Below are positions 61,768 to 64,000 of a stretch of DNA of 64,000 nucleotides, one piece after another; position 1 is the first letter of the stretch; each line of letters starts with the position of its first letter. The stretch is from Chrysomallon squamiferum. Lineage: Eukaryota; Animalia; Mollusca. The DNA is taken from the NCBI GenBank assembly GCA_012295275.1, contig CM022665.1:8680001-8744000 (forward strand), given 5' to 3'. The notes beneath the pieces are model-generated. The model saw only the letters and a program-made list of their open reading frames with translations. It was not told the origin of the DNA and searched no databases. The position numbers were made by a program, and so were the translations under genes.

Positions 61768-63726
61768 CAAACAACTTTATAGATATTCTTTCTTTCTTGT
61801 TTATTTTCACCATCAACCTGTACTTATTTTTTGGATGTATTATTTTATTGTCATAAAAATAAATAAAATAATCACTTTTAAATAAATAAATTGTATTTAC
61901 ATTATTAATATTTAATTTATAAAACTCTTTTAATCAACATTAGTAACATAAGCCAAAATAAGAAAAGTAACCTGATAATTCTGCAACAGACTCATAGACT
62001 GTGTCATTCTTCAGTTCTGGGAGCTGAAATTAAACATTTTAAAAATAACATTTAGTGGAAAAGTGAATTTTTATTATACAAATACTTGTACTTGAAAATG
62101 GCTATGGCTAAAATTTATAAAATAAATATTAAAACTGATTAATACTTTATAAAATAAATTTCTGTTATTCAGTAAAGAAATAACATGGAGTACTAACTGG
62201 CTGTGGATGACCTTGAAATGTTTTTGTGAATGTCTTTGACATCTGCTGTGGATAGATTCTTCTTCTTTTGAATGATCTGTCAAATAAAATTTTGATTTTT
62301 AAAAGAAATAATAATAATAACAATAATGGTTTCTTAGAACCACAATTTGTGTACATATAGTGAAAAAAAGGAAACAATTGTTCTCAAAATGTATTAAAGT
62401 TAATTACATTATTGTCTTCTTTTGTTATTAACAAAGGCTGGTTACAAGTAACAAATAGAGCAATTATTTTTAAAATTTCAAAATATATTTTGGTTTATAA
62501 TTACTAATTTCAAGCACCAAAAGTATACATTTTAAAAACAATTAGAAAACATGTAAATTTGTGATTGCAGCTTAATGGGTTTTATGTATGTTCAGAAAAT
62601 TAACAGATGTTTTTATATTTTTTTATATTAATGTTATACAGTCATGTATTTAAGCTGCAACATCTCAGAGCTATAAATCTGTAAAGTTAATAAAAACATT
62701 ACTTCATAATAATCCTTGCTGATCTTGTTTTCAACAGTCGCCCAATTTCATCATGAGTCATGAAAAATATTAAGTCCTTCTCAGGTATTCTTCCCTGAAA
62801 TAAGTATTTGAATTTGAAGATTCTGAAGAATGTAAAAATATATAAAAAATATGTGGGTGTGTGTTCTAAAAAAAAAATTGCATTTAAAAGAACTAGAAAA
62901 TGGAAATATAAAATCATTTCTTTAAGATTAATAATAAAGTAATTTTGTTAGTGTTTATCTAGAAAAATAACCAGATAACACCATTAATACATCTTAATAT
63001 TTTATTCAAATAAGTTAAAAATGTTCACTTTAACAAACAAACAAACAAACCTCTTCTACCATGAATCCAGCTAGTTGACGGTAAGCTTTTTTGATAATGT
63101 CTGACATTTTTATCATCTGTGACTATAATAAGAAATAAACTGACTGAATCAAGATATATTATACTGATACAATGTCACAATGTAATTTGTGTTCTATAAG
63201 TAAATGTTTATAAATTGATATAATTTTTATAAATTTTATTTGTTTGTAACATAAGAATAAATAAATCTCAATTTTTGACAATCTTTATTAATTTTTCAGT
63301 GATTAATGGTAATATAGACTGCTAGATTTACACCTTTAACTTTTAAACAGTATTATAAAAAAATAAATTCAAACCTTGGCCCATTCTCTCTGGCTCACAC
63401 CAGCTCTTGCCTTTGGCAGTACAGTTTTCAATATCAGTCTAAAAAAATAATTATATTAAAATTTATTACGGATGTTTATAGTATTCTTTATTTCACTTTT
63501 ATTTTTCCAAAAAGAAATATAATAATTTTTAAATATTAAACAAAAATACTGTGAAACTGAACAAAATATGAATACAAATATGTTAAAAATGTAAGTGAAA
63601 CATATTAAATTACTAATTTTCTTACTTTCCAAAAGTTGTTATTGGTGACTGTAATCTAGAGATAATTTCTGCAACAGTCAACAGTTCTTTTGGTTTTACA
63701 TTGTATGATTTTGCCTTTACTAATGC
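60245..63726 (-). CDS. PEP-synthase / rifampicin-phosphotransferase (RPH/PigC)-like protein, 3' part with C-terminal His-swivel (PEP-utilizers mobile) domain; 5' end outside window
   Basis: Exons 63726-63626, 63438-63375, 63122-63051, 62794-62703, 62276-62198, 62023-61972, 61624-61548, 60969-60867, 60607-60533, 60324-60245 join in frame. Product ends GFPVSIGKVKGTARVVLNLDEAEIIQAGDILVVTITDVGWTPYFPLIAALITETGGSVSHGAVVAREYGIPCVVNVPLATVLIKSGEQLLVDGRKGTIHKL...*, with the phospho-His motif SHGAVVARE. Confidence 0.9.
60533..60607 (-). CDS. PEP-synthase-like gene exon
   Basis: AVVAREYGIPCVVNVPLATVLIKSG. Confidence 0.92.
60867..60969 (-). CDS. PEP-synthase-like gene exon containing the catalytic His
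   Basis: AGDILVVTITDVGWTPYFPLIAALITETGGSVSHG; canonical splice sites. Confidence 0.92.
61548..61624 (-). CDS. PEP-synthase-like gene exon
   Basis: FPVSIGKVKGTARVVLNLDEAEIIQ. Confidence 0.9.
62703..62794 (-). CDS. PEP-synthase-like gene exon
   Basis: GRIPEKDLIFFMTHDEIGRLLKTRSARIIMK, with the family-typical D-x-I-F-F-x-T-x-x-E segment. Confidence 0.88.
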
Positions 63727-63730
63727 CTGA

Positions 63731-63788
<58 letters not shown>
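63731..63788. repeat. (AAT)n microsatellite abutting a splice acceptor of the PEP-synthase-like gene
   Basis: Directly visible; (TTA)n on the transcribed strand. Confidence 0.9.
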
Positions 63789-64000
63789 TGGTGGTAAATA
63801 CAAACATTTTTAATTTAACAGAAATCATTTGAAAACAGATTGTTTTTAACTTGTTCATATAATATAATATGTTTTGCTTTTACCTGTAGAATTACTTTCA
63901 TTAAAACAGAAATGCTAGAGATTAAATATTTTTATAAGTTGGGACAGGGATGGCGGTGACTGGAATGCCATGCTCTGTGAGTTGAAACTATTCCATTAAT

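Noticed and set aside
60245-63726. Bacterial contamination or recent horizontal transfer
   Set aside because: The gene is split by many canonical spliceosomal introns containing host-type microsatellites and has host base composition.
63884-63914. Possible next upstream exon of the PEP-synthase-like gene
   Set aside because: A donor-like site is present, but the frame hits a stop at 63932-63934 and the peptide is not recognisable; this cannot be resolved at the window edge.

Overview
AT-rich, CpG-depleted, microsatellite-rich animal genomic DNA with spliceosomal introns. It is probably a mollusc, inferred from degraded copies of a mollusc-type tRNA-derived SINE. Three intron-containing genes can be reconstructed with phase-consistent splice sites. 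(1) An ASPP-family gene (TP53BP2/PPP1R13B-like; coiled coil, RVxF, ankyrin, SH3) on +, core exons 43134-49735, with a ~37 kb upstream intron and candidate upstream and alternative first exons (1866/1940-1952, 5917-5975, 32719-32808). (2) A complete 12-exon PSMC6/Rpt4 proteasome AAA-ATPase on - (57794-52086, 399 aa, one GC-AG intron). (3) The 3' part of a PEP-synthase/rifampicin-phosphotransferase-like His-swivel phosphotransferase on - (63726-60245). The most notable feature is three ~200-240 nt box C/D RNAs in PSMC6 introns, two of them in one intron. Their invariant guide GAUUAUGAGAU-CUGA is complementary to the anticodon loop of elongator tRNA-Met and, by the D+5 rule, targets wobble C34. 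They look like SNORD97/SCARNA97-type tRNA guides, with a conserved internal stem closing a variable U/C-rich loop. Other structure includes a ~355 bp hairpin next to an ASPP donor, a foldback-like inverted pair of subrepeat arrays, a triplicated splice donor, a hAT-like MITE, SINE relics and a 28-bp minisatellite.
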